Both the position numbers and the translations under genes were made by a program. From NCBI GenBank assembly GCA_973895155.1, contig OZ316892.1:1-64000 (forward strand): a DNA stretch of 64,000 nt, given 5' to 3'. The notes below the pieces were generated by a model, which had not been told where the DNA came from, ran no database searches, and saw nothing but the letters and a program-made list of their open reading frames with translations. The DNA is from Marsupella aquatica. Taxonomy: Eukaryota > Plantae > Marchantiophyta. Position 1 is the first letter of the stretch, and each line of letters begins with the position of its first letter. Below, in pieces: positions 37,749-50,000 of the stretch.

Positions 37749-40600
37749 TCGTCGTTGTAGTATGTTGGCAGGCATATATTTCTGTTGCTCCCGACATTTG
37801 CAGAATTTTAAGATACTCGTACCAGTTGATAGTGGGAGTTGTAGACAACGTTCCTTTGGAACTCACAGGCACTTCTAGCTCGTTCATCAGCGGGCCAGCA
37901 AGCCAGCCAGCCACGCCGTCGTCAACTGAGAGAGGTAATTCAATTTCTCCGTGAACCTTGTGCATTGATAAAAATGACACTGCTATCTTCCCTCACTCTT
38001 GCTCAGCTAAAGATCGGGAAATATATAGGGGGGTCATTTCTACCTGAAGCTTTTGAATTGATAAACGGTAATCCGTCTGTGCTCTCTCGATCCCCTGAAT
38101 CTTGCTTTGACAAACAATGCTTGTTTCTCGGGGTGCAATCTTGGTTTGGTTGAAGACGAAGATGACGTTTACTTGTGGCAAGCACATCATGCATCATTTG
38201 AATTGCGGCTTCGTCTGCTGCCTTTTTGTCCCTTTTCCTAATCCTGTGGAGGATTTCCCTGTAAATGAGGACCAAGCGTGCGTTGCTGGGTTCGTTGGTG
38301 GAATAACAAAAGAGAAAGGGAGAGACACGGGACAATTTGTAGATATCCTGTCCTTGAGTCACTCATGCCCTACGGTCGTGTTTCTGTTTCTCGATTGTGG
38401 TCTTGCTCTGTCTGACTCTTACCTGGTTGAGCTTTCTATCGAATTCCCCTACTTCCCTGGACTTTGTAATTTTATTCAACAGCAATTTATTCTCTCCAGT
38501 TGCAATAGCTGCATCCAGATCCTTTCAAAGATCGCATACTCGTTTTGGGCTGCATTAGATTTTAGGCTTTCTTGTGCGAGTATGCCTACCAGTCGAGCTC
38601 CCAGTTCTTTGTTTGTTGGACTAAGTCCGACGCAAGTGATACTGATCTTCCCCGGCCAGTCTTTCGATTTCTTCCTTGAGGGAATTGTGTAAAACGAACA
38701 GTATTTTGCTCGCGGAATGCTGCAGCAGAATCTTTGGTGGGTATATGTCTGGTGCTGGAAATTTCATTGCCTCTAGGTCAATGTACAGGAAATTGGAGTG
38801 TAATCAAACGACAAACTGAGAGGTCTGTGTGTCATCTATGTGGTCTTTGGCAGTCTGTGACGCTCTTGTCTTCCTTCTTCCGTGTCTTCGGTCTGTCTGT
38901 GGAATTGACGATGTTTAAGCCCGACATGCTGATTGAACTGAGGTCATTTGCAATAGCAATTTCTTGATTTTCCCCTTGTAAATTGACTTGCATTGAAATC
39001 GTGGTGCTTCAATCCCAGTCTACTTCTAATCTTCTTCCGTAACAGCCTTTCTCGGGCAGCCTTTTGTAGTAGTATTCAACCAACGAGCACCTGCACGAGA
39101 AACTGAGAAAGTGCTGTGGATGAAGTACTGTAGTTGATTAGATGCTTCTGAGAGTTTGCAATAATTGTCCAAACTTGTCCAAACCCACTTCACCACAATG
39201 AAAACAATGTAGATAAGCGTGAAATCTTGGCAGCTCTCTAGACAATCTCATGTCCCTGCTGTGCAACTGGGAGGGTAGGGTACGTTTACTGCCTTCGCGG
39301 TAAGGAAATTGCGACACTGAAATGTAAGGTGACCGACTCTCCCGCATTTCTTACAGGCACCATAGACGTCATCCGCGCTCGAGCCTGTGAGACGGGCTAA
39401 GGCGAGAAGCCCTTGGAAACTGTCATACGCATTCTGCTGGTCCTCTATTATCCTGCCTTCTGGAACAGATGCACTCGGGCCCCCCGCTGGAGCACCGCGG
39501 AGGGCATCCGCTTGGAATGCTCGCGCTGCCTTCTGGTCCGGAGCATAAGGATCGTAACTTTGATTTGAAGTGAATTATAAATCAAATCTTCTCCCCACAC
39601 TTCAGGGACTTTGCAATCTGTTCCAACGCAAAGGACCCTGGTGAGCTCAGCTCAACTCAGTGGGGCCGCAGCATAAGTAGAAGGTCCTTCATTGATCTTC
39701 TAGCTCCCAACACTTCAGGCACTTTGCATGAGTCTCGTCGTAGTAGTACGTACCCGTAAATTGTGGCGCTTGATTCAATTGTTGAGTTATATGGCATTCT
39801 GGAGCTTTACTTCTCCTTCTCAACAAGCGGGGTTGCACACCAACTTTGCCACAACACTTGCTACCACCCATCAACAAGCTAGTTGATTTTGAGCACAACC
39901 TTTACATGGTATGCTTCTTAGTTGGTATTTTTGAAATGTCTTTTAATTGGAAGTTCACACCCATTGATTCAGTCCTTAGATTGATTTTTGGTAGGGTGCA
40001 GCTCATATAGAATTAGTGATACAATGATTGTTTCTTTCACGTTCCTAACCTCACAGAGTTTACTTTAGTCTCTTTTGGATACCCTGTTACAATCTACAAA
40101 GTAGTTATTTGCTTTTAGGTAAACATTTGTCTTGCATGTCATTTGTACTTTGCTAGGTTGGAAGTCTAAATGCTAACACTTTGGCAACAATAGGTTCCAG
40201 TTTCCTATGTTAAATGTGTACAGTCAGAAGGGAGCCAGAGTATATTCTTAAGGGCTTTTGTTCTTCAAGGACTTACTGCAAGCAAGTGAAACTTGTTAGT
40301 TAAGTACAAGCTCATTTTGGCATTAATTTGATGTTTGTTTGCAATCAGCTCAAGTTGCTACGTGGAGCCCCAAATACTAACCTAGAAGTTGGGAAATCAT
40401 ACTTGAATTTCGTTTATTTTCTCTAAGGTGAGTTCCTACTATCATTTATTTGTTTTAAGTATAATTCATGAAGGACATGGAAAAATAAAATAAAGCAAAG
40501 AAAATATAAGTATTTTAAAACAAATATTGACTATATTTTTCTACTTATTATCTTATGAATTTGCCTAACATATGTATTATAAAACTAAACAATTGACTTT

Positions 40601-40764
40601 ATTTTGAAATATATATTTGGCATGCTTTTCTGATTATTGTTATTTAATAGTTCCAGATAGTTTGGCCGGAGATATGTATTTTGAAATATGTATCTGGCAT
40701 ACTTTTCTGGTTATTGTTATTTAATAGTTCCAGATAGTTTGACTGGAGATATGTATTTTGAAAT
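40601..40764. repeat. Tandem duplication of about 77 bp inside the predicted intron of dioxygenase paralog 2
   Basis: ATTTTGAAATAT.TAT.TGGCAT.CTTTTCTG.TTATTGTTATTTAATAGTTCCAGATAGTTTG occurs twice. Confidence 0.85.
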
Positions 40765-40806
40765 AAATATCTGTATAAATTAAAGTATGTTTTTGGAATT
40801 TTTCAG

Positions 40807-42249
40807 ATGGCAAAACGAAAGTTTTGGAAAGTGAACAAACAAATGAAGGAAGATGGCAAATATGAGTATGAGAAAATGAAATTTGCAATGGACGTTTTCA
40901 TTCAAATTTTTTCAGCGATCATGATATTGCATCCACGTTCACAAAAGTTTGCCATGTTATTTCTTCTTCAAGAAGATAATATTTTTCAAGCATTTGTACA
41001 AAATGTATTGAATATTAAACATACTGTATCGAAAGCAATGATATATAATGCTTACTATAGATTTAAAGAAATTGGACCACCAAAAACCTTTACTTCTTGC
41101 GCATGGGAGAATATCTGTGATATTCTTGATCATCATTATTCTTTAGATTCAGTACCCTATAGTATAAGAAAATACATCCATTTTCTTAGGTCATCTACCT
41201 ATATTGAAGAGTGTGTAAAAAGAGAAAAAAATATGCTAGAGAAAAAAGAAATGGTGTTTGAAAAAATTATTTCCCAATTTTGGTGGGGAAATGTGAATCC
41301 AATGGAATTAGTGCAAGGATTTTGGGGAAGAGTTGATGATGAAGGTGAATGTTTTTATCGCTTAGAATTAGAAAAAACATTACAAATACTTTCTAGAAGA
41401 AAAAACAAAGGGAAAGAAATTGAAATTGAAGAGGCACCTATATATAGGGAGCTTCCAATTTCTTACGTTGAAATCCAAAAAACAAAACAGGTTACGGAGA
41501 TCTATGATAAAATCTCAAGTGAGCTAGTGGGTATCCATATTCGCCCTAAAGATGTTCATAAATCTTTTACTATATTGATGCGAACTTATCTTAAAGATCT
41601 TTTTTGTGCTCATCCAAGTTCAAAAAGATCTAAAACTAGAGCATCCTATATGAGTGAAATGGTGGGGTTCGGTCCATTTCACCATACATGGACACCTGGA
41701 AAAAATGTTACATCTTTCTACACTCATAGTAATAAGTTAGTAAAAGCTTCAAAACCTTTAAAAGATTTTGGTAGATTTATTGATCGATTTGCACATGGGG
41801 CTGTGGTAGAAATTTTAATGTCTATGTGGTTTAGATATTATCCTACGTTATTACATACTTTTCTTAGATGTTGTAACCCTTACTTAGAAACTTCCCAATA
41901 TATTAAGGAAGGTGTTGAGATACCATTTTTTGATAAGCACATGAAGAAGGGACCTCCTGCTTATCAACTATTCATTACTAGAGATTATTGTTCACGTTTT
42001 CATGTAGACAATGATAGGACAGAGTGGACACTAGCATATACTAGTCACCCTGATGAACATATTTCACCAGTTGATTTTGTATTTGCCAAACATGGATTTA
42101 TATTACCTTTGCATAATGGTGATTTATTTGCATTCAAAGGCAAACATCTCCATGGTATGGCTTTTAGAAAACCAACAGAAAATCCTGCATATATTGCAGC
42201 TTTAGTTATGAATAGTGGCTTAGGACAATTATTAAATAGAATAGAGTAA
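40807..42249 (+). CDS. TET/JBP-like Fe(II)-dependent dioxygenase, paralog 2 (480 aa, most divergent)
   Basis: Intact ORF. SEMVGFGPF; YQLFITRDYCSRFHVDND (HxD, His 42001); DFVFAKHGFILPLHNGDLFAFKGKHLHGM (His 42151). The ATG follows TTTTCAG; putative intron 40428-40806. Confidence 0.72.
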   Translation: MAKRKFWKVNKQMKEDGKYEYEKMKFAMDVFIQIFSAIMILHPRSQKFAMLFLLQEDNIFQAFVQNVLNIKHTVSKAMIYNAYYRFKEIGPPKTFTSCAWENICDILDHHYSLDSVPYSIRKYIHFLRSSTYIEECVKREKNMLEKKEMVFEKIISQFWWGNVNPMELVQGFWGRVDDEGECFYRLELEKTLQILSRRKNKGKEIEIEEAPIYRELPISYVEIQKTKQVTEIYDKISSELVGIHIRPKDVHKSFTILMRTYLKDLFCAHPSSKRSKTRASYMSEMVGFGPFHHTWTPGKNVTSFYTHSNKLVKASKPLKDFGRFIDRFAHGAVVEILMSMWFRYYPTLLHTFLRCCNPYLETSQYIKEGVEIPFFDKHMKKGPPAYQLFITRDYCSRFHVDNDRTEWTLAYTSHPDEHISPVDFVFAKHGFILPLHNGDLFAFKGKHLHGMAFRKPTENPAYIAALVMNSGLGQLLNRIE

Positions 42250-42751
42250 ATTAGATATGTTTCAGGTATCATGAAACAAACTTTAATGTATCTTTTTAGA
42301 AACAATTATGAAATTTATTAAATATGTATTTAATATTTGGACCAATTTAGTTTAGGATTGTAATTGTAATATAAATACTTATGTTTGACAAAATCTTTAT
42401 GTATATTGACTTACTTTAGAAAATAATTTACAACTCTTATAGCTCTAGAAGTTAATAGGCCTAGGGTAGAGTAGGTAAAATCTATAAGGCAAAACTAACA
42501 CACCCAAATAAATCAAAATTATCCCACCTTATGTAGATAATTTGCGTAGCCAGAGGCCTTTATTGGGTCAGCCTACTCAGGCACCAACTATATATGCAGC
42601 CCAAATGCCAACTCTACAGTCCAAATAGGTTAATTGGCTAGTTAATGCTACAAACTTTCCATGACCTTGGGTGGAGGGTTTGAAGACCTTTGGTGGAGGG
42701 CTTGAAGGGGTTTAGGGAGATTTAAACCAAGGAGAAGTAGGGCAAGTTTCG

Positions 42752-42860
42752 GGATGTGTTTGTATTTCAGGTGTCTGATGCTCATAATTAGACCATCCTC
42801 AGTCCAAGCGGGGACATTAAAACTCTCCTTCTCAATTAAAAGCCTGTGATGCAGCATGCT
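42752..42860 (-). pseudogene. Anthranilate synthase beta (glutamine amidotransferase) exon fragment
   Basis: HHRLLIEKESFNVPAWTEDGLIMSIRHLKYKHI resembles the plant ASB motif YHSLVIEKESF...AWTEDGLIMAARH.KYKH. Confidence 0.7.
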
Positions 42861-44557
42861 ATGAATGGGCTATGACCATAGAAAACACATTAGAAATTGT
42901 CAGAATTGCAAATCAAAGACAATGTCCAACGTCATGGTTGTAAACCAACGTTGTTTTTAGGCACAAAATAAGCATCAACTCTGCGCTGCCCTATCCTGTG
43001 CTTTACTGCTCTCCATCCATGGCCGTTCTCAGTTGAAGAAGCATCGAGACGATCAACCCAGATGTTTAGAGAAAAAGGAGGCATACTCTGTACTATGATT
43101 ACTGCTTCTTTATTACCGGTCGACTACTGTCAATCCATATTTGATGCTACATGTTTTGCAGCACAAGAGCTCTCCTTAGGGTCACTGTTTGTTAGTGTCA
43201 TCCATGCCTCCCGGGTAGTAGATGTGCTGTGTGTTGATCTCCTGAACGGGGCGCACATTTGGCATAAGCCGCAGGAACATCACAAACCAAAAGTCCGTCA
43301 TATCATTTCGATTGCACCAATTTCATTTGATCAGGGTTAACTCTTCAATTTGATAACAGGCTCCATAACTACCAACCAGAAGCCAAGTGTCAATCTCTTC
43401 TTGTGAAAAACAAGTGAATGCTCACCTCAAGGGTCTTGCCGTCTCCACGACTGTAGCGTGGGCAGAGTGGTAGTAAATTTTGGCAGAGACATCCACGGTT
43501 CCTCGTCGATGTCTACGGAGCTCTGGTTGGCTCCCTTGCTGCATTTGTTCCATTCTCTAGACAACTCTCCCTAGTGAGCAGGCCCATTGGGCCCTTCACT
43601 ATAATCTCATTCGATATCTGGACCGACACAAGACCCCCCAAAAATCAATGATGTGTGGAACCACTATGGCATTGAACTCGAACCGAGCTTTGATGGTGAG
43701 TACGCTCTGCAAAGTCTGAAGAAAAGAAGTTTACTGTGAATGTACCTGATTTGGTCAGCACAGATTGTAAACCAGATGAAAATAGCCCCGAGAGGTTGGA
43801 CTGTCGGACAGGGGCCGGGGGCTGTCGTCTCTTAATGCTCTCAAAATTGTTTCACTCTTTGGTGAATTATAGGTGAAGCAAGATACAACACAGAGTCCTC
43901 AAGAGTATTTTGAGCCTGGTCCAATGTGAGCTGGAAAATCGCTTGGTTCCGTGGGGGCAAAGTAGAGTAATGTTATTAGTTAATAGAGGATTTAGACGGT
44001 TATCATATGCTTCAATTGTTACGAGCTTATTTGCATTAGACAAGCACAAAGAGAGCGTTGCAAATGGTCTCTCGCTTAATTCTTTGGCAAAAACAGAGTC
44101 AATTTTGACTATCATATATTTTATTCTGAGGTTTGGTTTTGTTCTCTCTCAATGCGTGATCATCAATGGTTTGATTCACCTTTGACGGTTGTTTCACGAA
44201 GACGATTGAAAGTTTATGTATTGAGGTCAATGTGGCAACCCCAATTGCTCTACAGATCTGGTATTCTGCTGAAGAAACCATTCATGCCGTCAAAACCTGA
44301 CAAGTCACAAGTTTAGGGTCATCATTTATTTTGGTACTGTTGTGAATGTCTGTTTCAAGGAGATTACAATTGAATTTGCTCTCCTGACACAGCAACTGAA
44401 GCGCAATATATATATTCCTAGATTAGTTGATCTTGAACGCAAAAGTCTCCTTTTTGGATAGCCTACATGTTCAAATGAAACAGAAACAAAGGGTACGTAG
44501 TTTGAGACTCTAGATCATAGACCCTTGCTCTGGGCACTGCGGCTGAGACAAAGCAGG

Positions 44558-45857
44558 CTTAAGGATGAAGTCGGTGATGATCTCCAGAATGAAGGATTGC
44601 CTGTCTTTACCAGCGGGTAGAATGGCCCCGAGATGCCCATGATCCCTGAAGATAGCCTGAGACAATACCCTGCACAGATTCCAACCGCTATTTGACCGCC
44701 AATGTAGAATGGCACCTGTGGTGTACAGCATTGCAATTGACCCCTGGGTTTAGTGCAATCCATCATCTGTTGTTGATTTGACTTGATCTCGATCCTCTAC
44801 GACCCCGTACCCAACTTCCACTAAAGAATATGCTTGATGGAAAGATTGCTTATCTAGGCAAGCATTCTGGCAAAAGCACTCACATCTTTCCAGGGAAAAT
44901 GCTGCACAGTTGCAAAGGCAACGGTGACCGAAGGATTCAAGTGTGCACCTGAAATGTGACCCACTGCATATATCATGTTCATGACAACAATCCCAAAAGA
45001 TAAAGACATGCCCACATGCGTCACGGCTCCATTGATCGAGCTTCGCATCCACTACCGCAGATCCACAATCAGTGAACACCAGGATGAAAGTAGCAATGAT
45101 TTCTGCTCCAACCTGCTTCAATACAAGGATTTCTCCTGGTTAGCTGGTGAGATTGGCCGTTGGCATTGTTCTCCTCAAGGGATGTGGTCTTCACTCACTT
45201 ATTGCATTGACCCCATTGAGGATGTCTACGTTCAGATTCATTTCGTTCGTATAAGCTTCAAAGGAATGTTATTTAGCTTCCCAACAGCAATACTGCGGAC
45301 AGTATCACAAGCTCCCAAGTATTAATCGGGATTAATTACAAGGACTTATGTGAGGACTGGGTAGAGGGGTCCATGACATTCATTTGAAACTTTTAAAAAA
45401 GCCTGTAGTAGTCCTCACCGAGAAGTTCGGAGCGAGTGCTTTCAATGCAGCATGCAAGCCAAAAAAGATTAATGTGCGAGGAAGAGGTTCCAAGATGTGG
45501 TAATTGCCAAAAAGATGAGAGATCTTGAGAAACTATGCTACTACAAAAACAAGCTAGCATAGTACAGAGATGAAATTTATCAGTGTGCAACCGGTAGTAG
45601 GAACTTACCTTTCGCATAAGACATGTATATGGCAATTTCAAGGATCCCAAATATCCACACCCTGGTTGTTCGTCTGCGAGAGGCATATCGACGGTCTGGT
45701 CAAGGGGAGAATTCTCAAATCGCTGGCTCAATGACGGATGTTTTGCTGCAGCAGGAGGAACGTCAGTTGGAACACGGGTATCGTTCCCCAACACATAATG
45801 GTCCTTGGCTTGCAGTTTTGCTCTTCCTGCCATCTGGTCGTTCGAATGATCTGCCAT
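44558..45857 (-). pseudogene. NIP (NOD26-like) aquaporin 5' half with introns; exons about 45857-45609, 45112-44884 and 44715-44558
   Basis: KVGAEIIATFILVF, GHISGAHLNPSVTVAFA (NPA-box variant), QVPFYIGGQI. GT-AG borders are present; frameshifts in exons 2 and 3; second NPA half missing. Confidence 0.88.
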
Positions 45858-47029
45858 TTTTCTGGCTGCAAACAGATTGTCGTCTGCTTACAAGTAGTTC
45901 TGGCACCTGCAGCACGTACGTACCGGCACCTAACGATGATCCTCTACCGTTACATACATTGACATCCTTAATTGGAAGGAGCCAGACAGTGCAGCAACCC
46001 CACTACTGTGAACTCGTTAACCCGTGAAGAAGTAATTCTGGCTCGTTCAACTTGGGATGTCAGAACAGGACTGCAATATAGGTCATGCACATGCGTGCAC
46101 AATTGTAAGAGAGCAACGATGAAGAAAGCTGAAGCTTCATTGATTGCGGAATCCCACAAATCGATCACCACACAAACCTATTCTCTAATGAGACAACCAG
46201 TCATTCTCAATCCTGATATCTCTCACACTAGCACACTTCGCCCCTTGTAACATTCGATTGTGCTGACAGGTCTAGCTAGGCAGCAAGTATCACAATCACC
46301 ACTTCCACATTTGTGACTTCTAGTCGGTCCCTCCCTCTGTCTGAGACCATAAAACTTAGCATGTAGACCCCAGTTGCCACCATGATTTCACAACCCTTCT
46401 ATATTCCCAACCTCTGTCAGCCCTTGCACTCTCTAGCTCCATTTGGGACCCTTTTTGAAAAGTGGGAACAAAGATTGAAGACTACTTCTGCCCCCCTTGG
46501 GGCCTCTCTCCTCGACCAGTGAGAAGAAGGACAAGACAAAGTTTAGGGTGGAGAATGAATACTGCACATCAAAGCACCGAGAGGGGGGGGGGAACGGAGC
46601 AGAGAAATAAACTCAGTGATTTAGTTTTCACAGGCCTGCCAAGGCAAGATGCATGAAACAAGCTCTCTAATACCATGATGAATTTTGAATACTTTACTCA
46701 ACTTGATCATCCCACGTAAAGTTAACAAGAAATAGCTTTGCCCCAAACTGACTCCTAAGTCACAAAATAGGAGTAGGAAATAATCTGGGTCTAACAAAGC
46801 ATATCCTATTTAAACTTCAAACAGCTAGAGAGAGCTGACCTGCATGCCAATGTGATCTACATTAAGAAACCGAAGCTAAAGTATGGATCTCTCCCCTGAA
46901 ACTTTCCCACCGAACACCATACTTCCATCTAAGTAGTCTGATATTCATTTCACCCTTCATCTCCTGAACTTCACTTTTGAAATCTTCCAAGTAATTTACC
47001 ACACTGTCCGGCCTCTATAAGAATTCTTC

Positions 47030-50000
47030 TCAATTCTCACACCGAAATTCAGGATACTTGATCCTCACAATGGTTGCTACAAGACGCATAAAATTGTTGC
47101 CCAGAGCCTCAGGACTTGTAGACACAACCCATTCACACAGCTCCTGGTCACTTTTCCCTTTGATTTCAGGAATTGCTCGGAATAAATCGCTCTGTATGTT
47201 ATCAAATCGCCATGCCTTCCACACAAAAAGCCGCAATCTCTCTCCTGATTCATCTTCACACTGATCTCCATACAGCCCTTCATGAAATCTCATCCCACTA
47301 GGCTGGTGTGGGAAGTGACACTTGAAACAAGTGTCTGGTCGAGAAGGAAACTTGTTATCGCAATTTGCACGGTTGTGTGTTCCTAGACACTTCACACATC
47401 GTCCCCGTACATAAGGACATTGCAAAATACCATGAGGAACACTCTTTGAGAGGGGACTCCAACACATCAAGCACTTTTTCCTATCCCCAGCAAATTTACG
47501 GATGATACAAATCTTATTCATGGCTTCGTCAATTCTTTGTTTGATGAGTGTTGGTCGAGCTCTTGCCACAACCGTGGTTGTGGTTCCTTTGCCTTGGGAT
47601 GATCCGAGTGATGATGCTGGTGTTGTTCTTTCACCTGGTGCTGTAACCCTAACACTCTGTCCTCCTTGTATGTTTTGGGAGATGCTCCCCTGAGATACAA
47701 TTTCAACCACTTCTGACCTAGCTTGTGATAATTCTTCGGCCTCATATTCCATTGGTAGTTCCTGATTGTCTGCTGCTTGGGAGCATATGTCACAAGGAAT
47801 TGCATCCGGGATGAGGTAACACATCTGTGGCTTACCATCAACGCTAGCATGTAGTGCAAAGCGACGACACATTTTTGTCTCCTCAATCCATTTGTTTGGA
47901 ATCTTGAAGTTGGAGTCCATCCTCAAGGCCTCATTGCGGTAGCTGGAGTTAGAAACAACAGTGCTTATTGCTAATAAACCATCACGCCCAGCTCGGCCAG
48001 ATTCCTGATGAAATTGCTCAAAGGACCTGAAATTACCTCTGTGAATTACAAGTCTGATTGACTTGTAATTATAGCCAGAACCAATGACCCCAGTTGCCAC
48101 CATGATTTCACAACCCTTCGACTCCCACTTCTTCAAGGTTTTCACGGTGTCTGCTGTGCTACATCCTGCATGCAAAAATGTACAGCACAAGTTCCTGGCT
48201 TCGAGTAGCTTTGCCATCTCTTGGACTTCATCTCTTGTTAGGCAATAGACAATGGCCCGGTCATGAACCAGGCTAGATCTCTTCCAATCTTGAAGCTGTC
48301 TAACTATTTCTCCATCCATGTCAGGCACTTCCACAACCATGTATCGGATGTTTGGCCTAACAGTAGAAGAACGAACCCAATGTAATCTTGAACCCAAAGT
48401 CAGTTCGATATCAGATTGTTGTGTGGGTGGTAATGTCGCTGTTAATCCTATAATTTGACAGGGAACTTTCATTAGAGAAATCAGATTTCTCATTTTTGGA
48501 CGGAAATGACACTGTAGTGTATGAATCTCATCAAAAACAATCGAATGCAATCTTTGTGTAGCTTGCAAGTGGTTTGCAAAGACACCAAATGTATCTGAAT
48601 CAGCTGCAGTCTCGATAGATACAAAAACAATTGCAGGTGTTACTCCTATCCCGAGTGCAAATCCACTTGTAAACACAGTGTGACCAATTCCTGCTTTTCT
48701 GCATTCAGATAAGTGACCCGATATGAGAGATTTGAATGGGACTACCACAATCACTGTTTTGTCCATCAATGTGGAAGGGGCCATGAAAATCAATGACTTT
48801 CCTGTTCCAGTGGGAAGTACAGTTACAAAATCCACAGTGTTTTCAATAGCCAAAGCAACAGAGATTGCTTGTTCAGTTGACCTCCACCTTTTGTGACCCA
48901 ACTTGTGTAGAGCTATGGAAGCTCTTATACTTGTGTCGTGACAGATGTGCAGTGCCGAATCAACATCTCCCACAACTGATGTTGATGGTTCTCCATAGGC
49001 AGGGCAATAAACAACCCTTGTCTTGCTTGGAACATGATCAATTTCAAGCTCAATGTCATGACGTGGACGTAGAACAGTAGTGGTTCTTGGAAAAGGATCT
49101 AGTGTGACTTCCCTGCAACCTGTTGTTGAGCAATCCAGATGAATCAATCTTGGGGACTTATCCGAAAGATTAAGCAATGCATGCCACTTATCTGTAAATA
49201 TTCGGAATGCTCTCAAGAGATGTCCATCAATAGCTCTTAAATCTTTTACACTTTGAGCATAATGATGTCCCATTGTAGCTGTTGTATGTCCACCTGCCAC
49301 ATCTACAATATCATCAAGATCTTGAGTGCGTTGGTCTCGAATCTTTTCTGAAAAAAATGCTGCTAGGTGTCGGTATTCTGAAAGCCCGAATGTGACTCCA
49401 CAACGCTTAAAGAAATTGTTGTGTATGCTCTTGGAAAGATCATGTGCATCTTGCTTTTTATCCATATCAACGAACCAACAATCATCATAATTACGGGCAA
49501 CCTCCTTTCCCCATATTTTCTGTGCAACATAAGATTGTGTAGGCCTCACCAAACAAAAGTATACCAGAAACAGAGTTCTTAAAGAACTTGGAAGAAACCG
49601 TATAAGTGGTTTCATTGGAGCACCTGTATTTGCACCTTTATGATAGGTTTGAAAGAGCGCTATTGTATGATGCTCTAACAATTTTGTTGTTGGATCATCA
49701 TCTGGGCCTGCTGTTGCCCAATAAAATGACCTCTCGCTTGTGGCTGTGTTGCGAATCAAGAAACTGTTGTACTCTTCGCCCCTTGCTGGTAGACCGGCAG
49801 TGAAATGTATAAGCAGATTCAATTTTTCTTGTAAATCAGAGCAAGCAGTCATCCACTTATAAAGTGTGATATCATTCCAAATGACATCATTTCGATCTGT
49901 CCGCCCGAGAATAAAGTGTCCTCTAATCTTAGGATCAACAAACAAGTGTGTTAGTAGATCGAGGCCATGTTGCTGAAGAATCCGGTTGCGAGGATCTATG

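Noticed and set aside
37900-39350. Possible LINE ORF1/gag remnant (CFHCGEVG zinc-knuckle-like word, minus strand)
   Set aside because: The knuckle is incomplete and the frames are heavily interrupted; no RT or endonuclease motif supports it.
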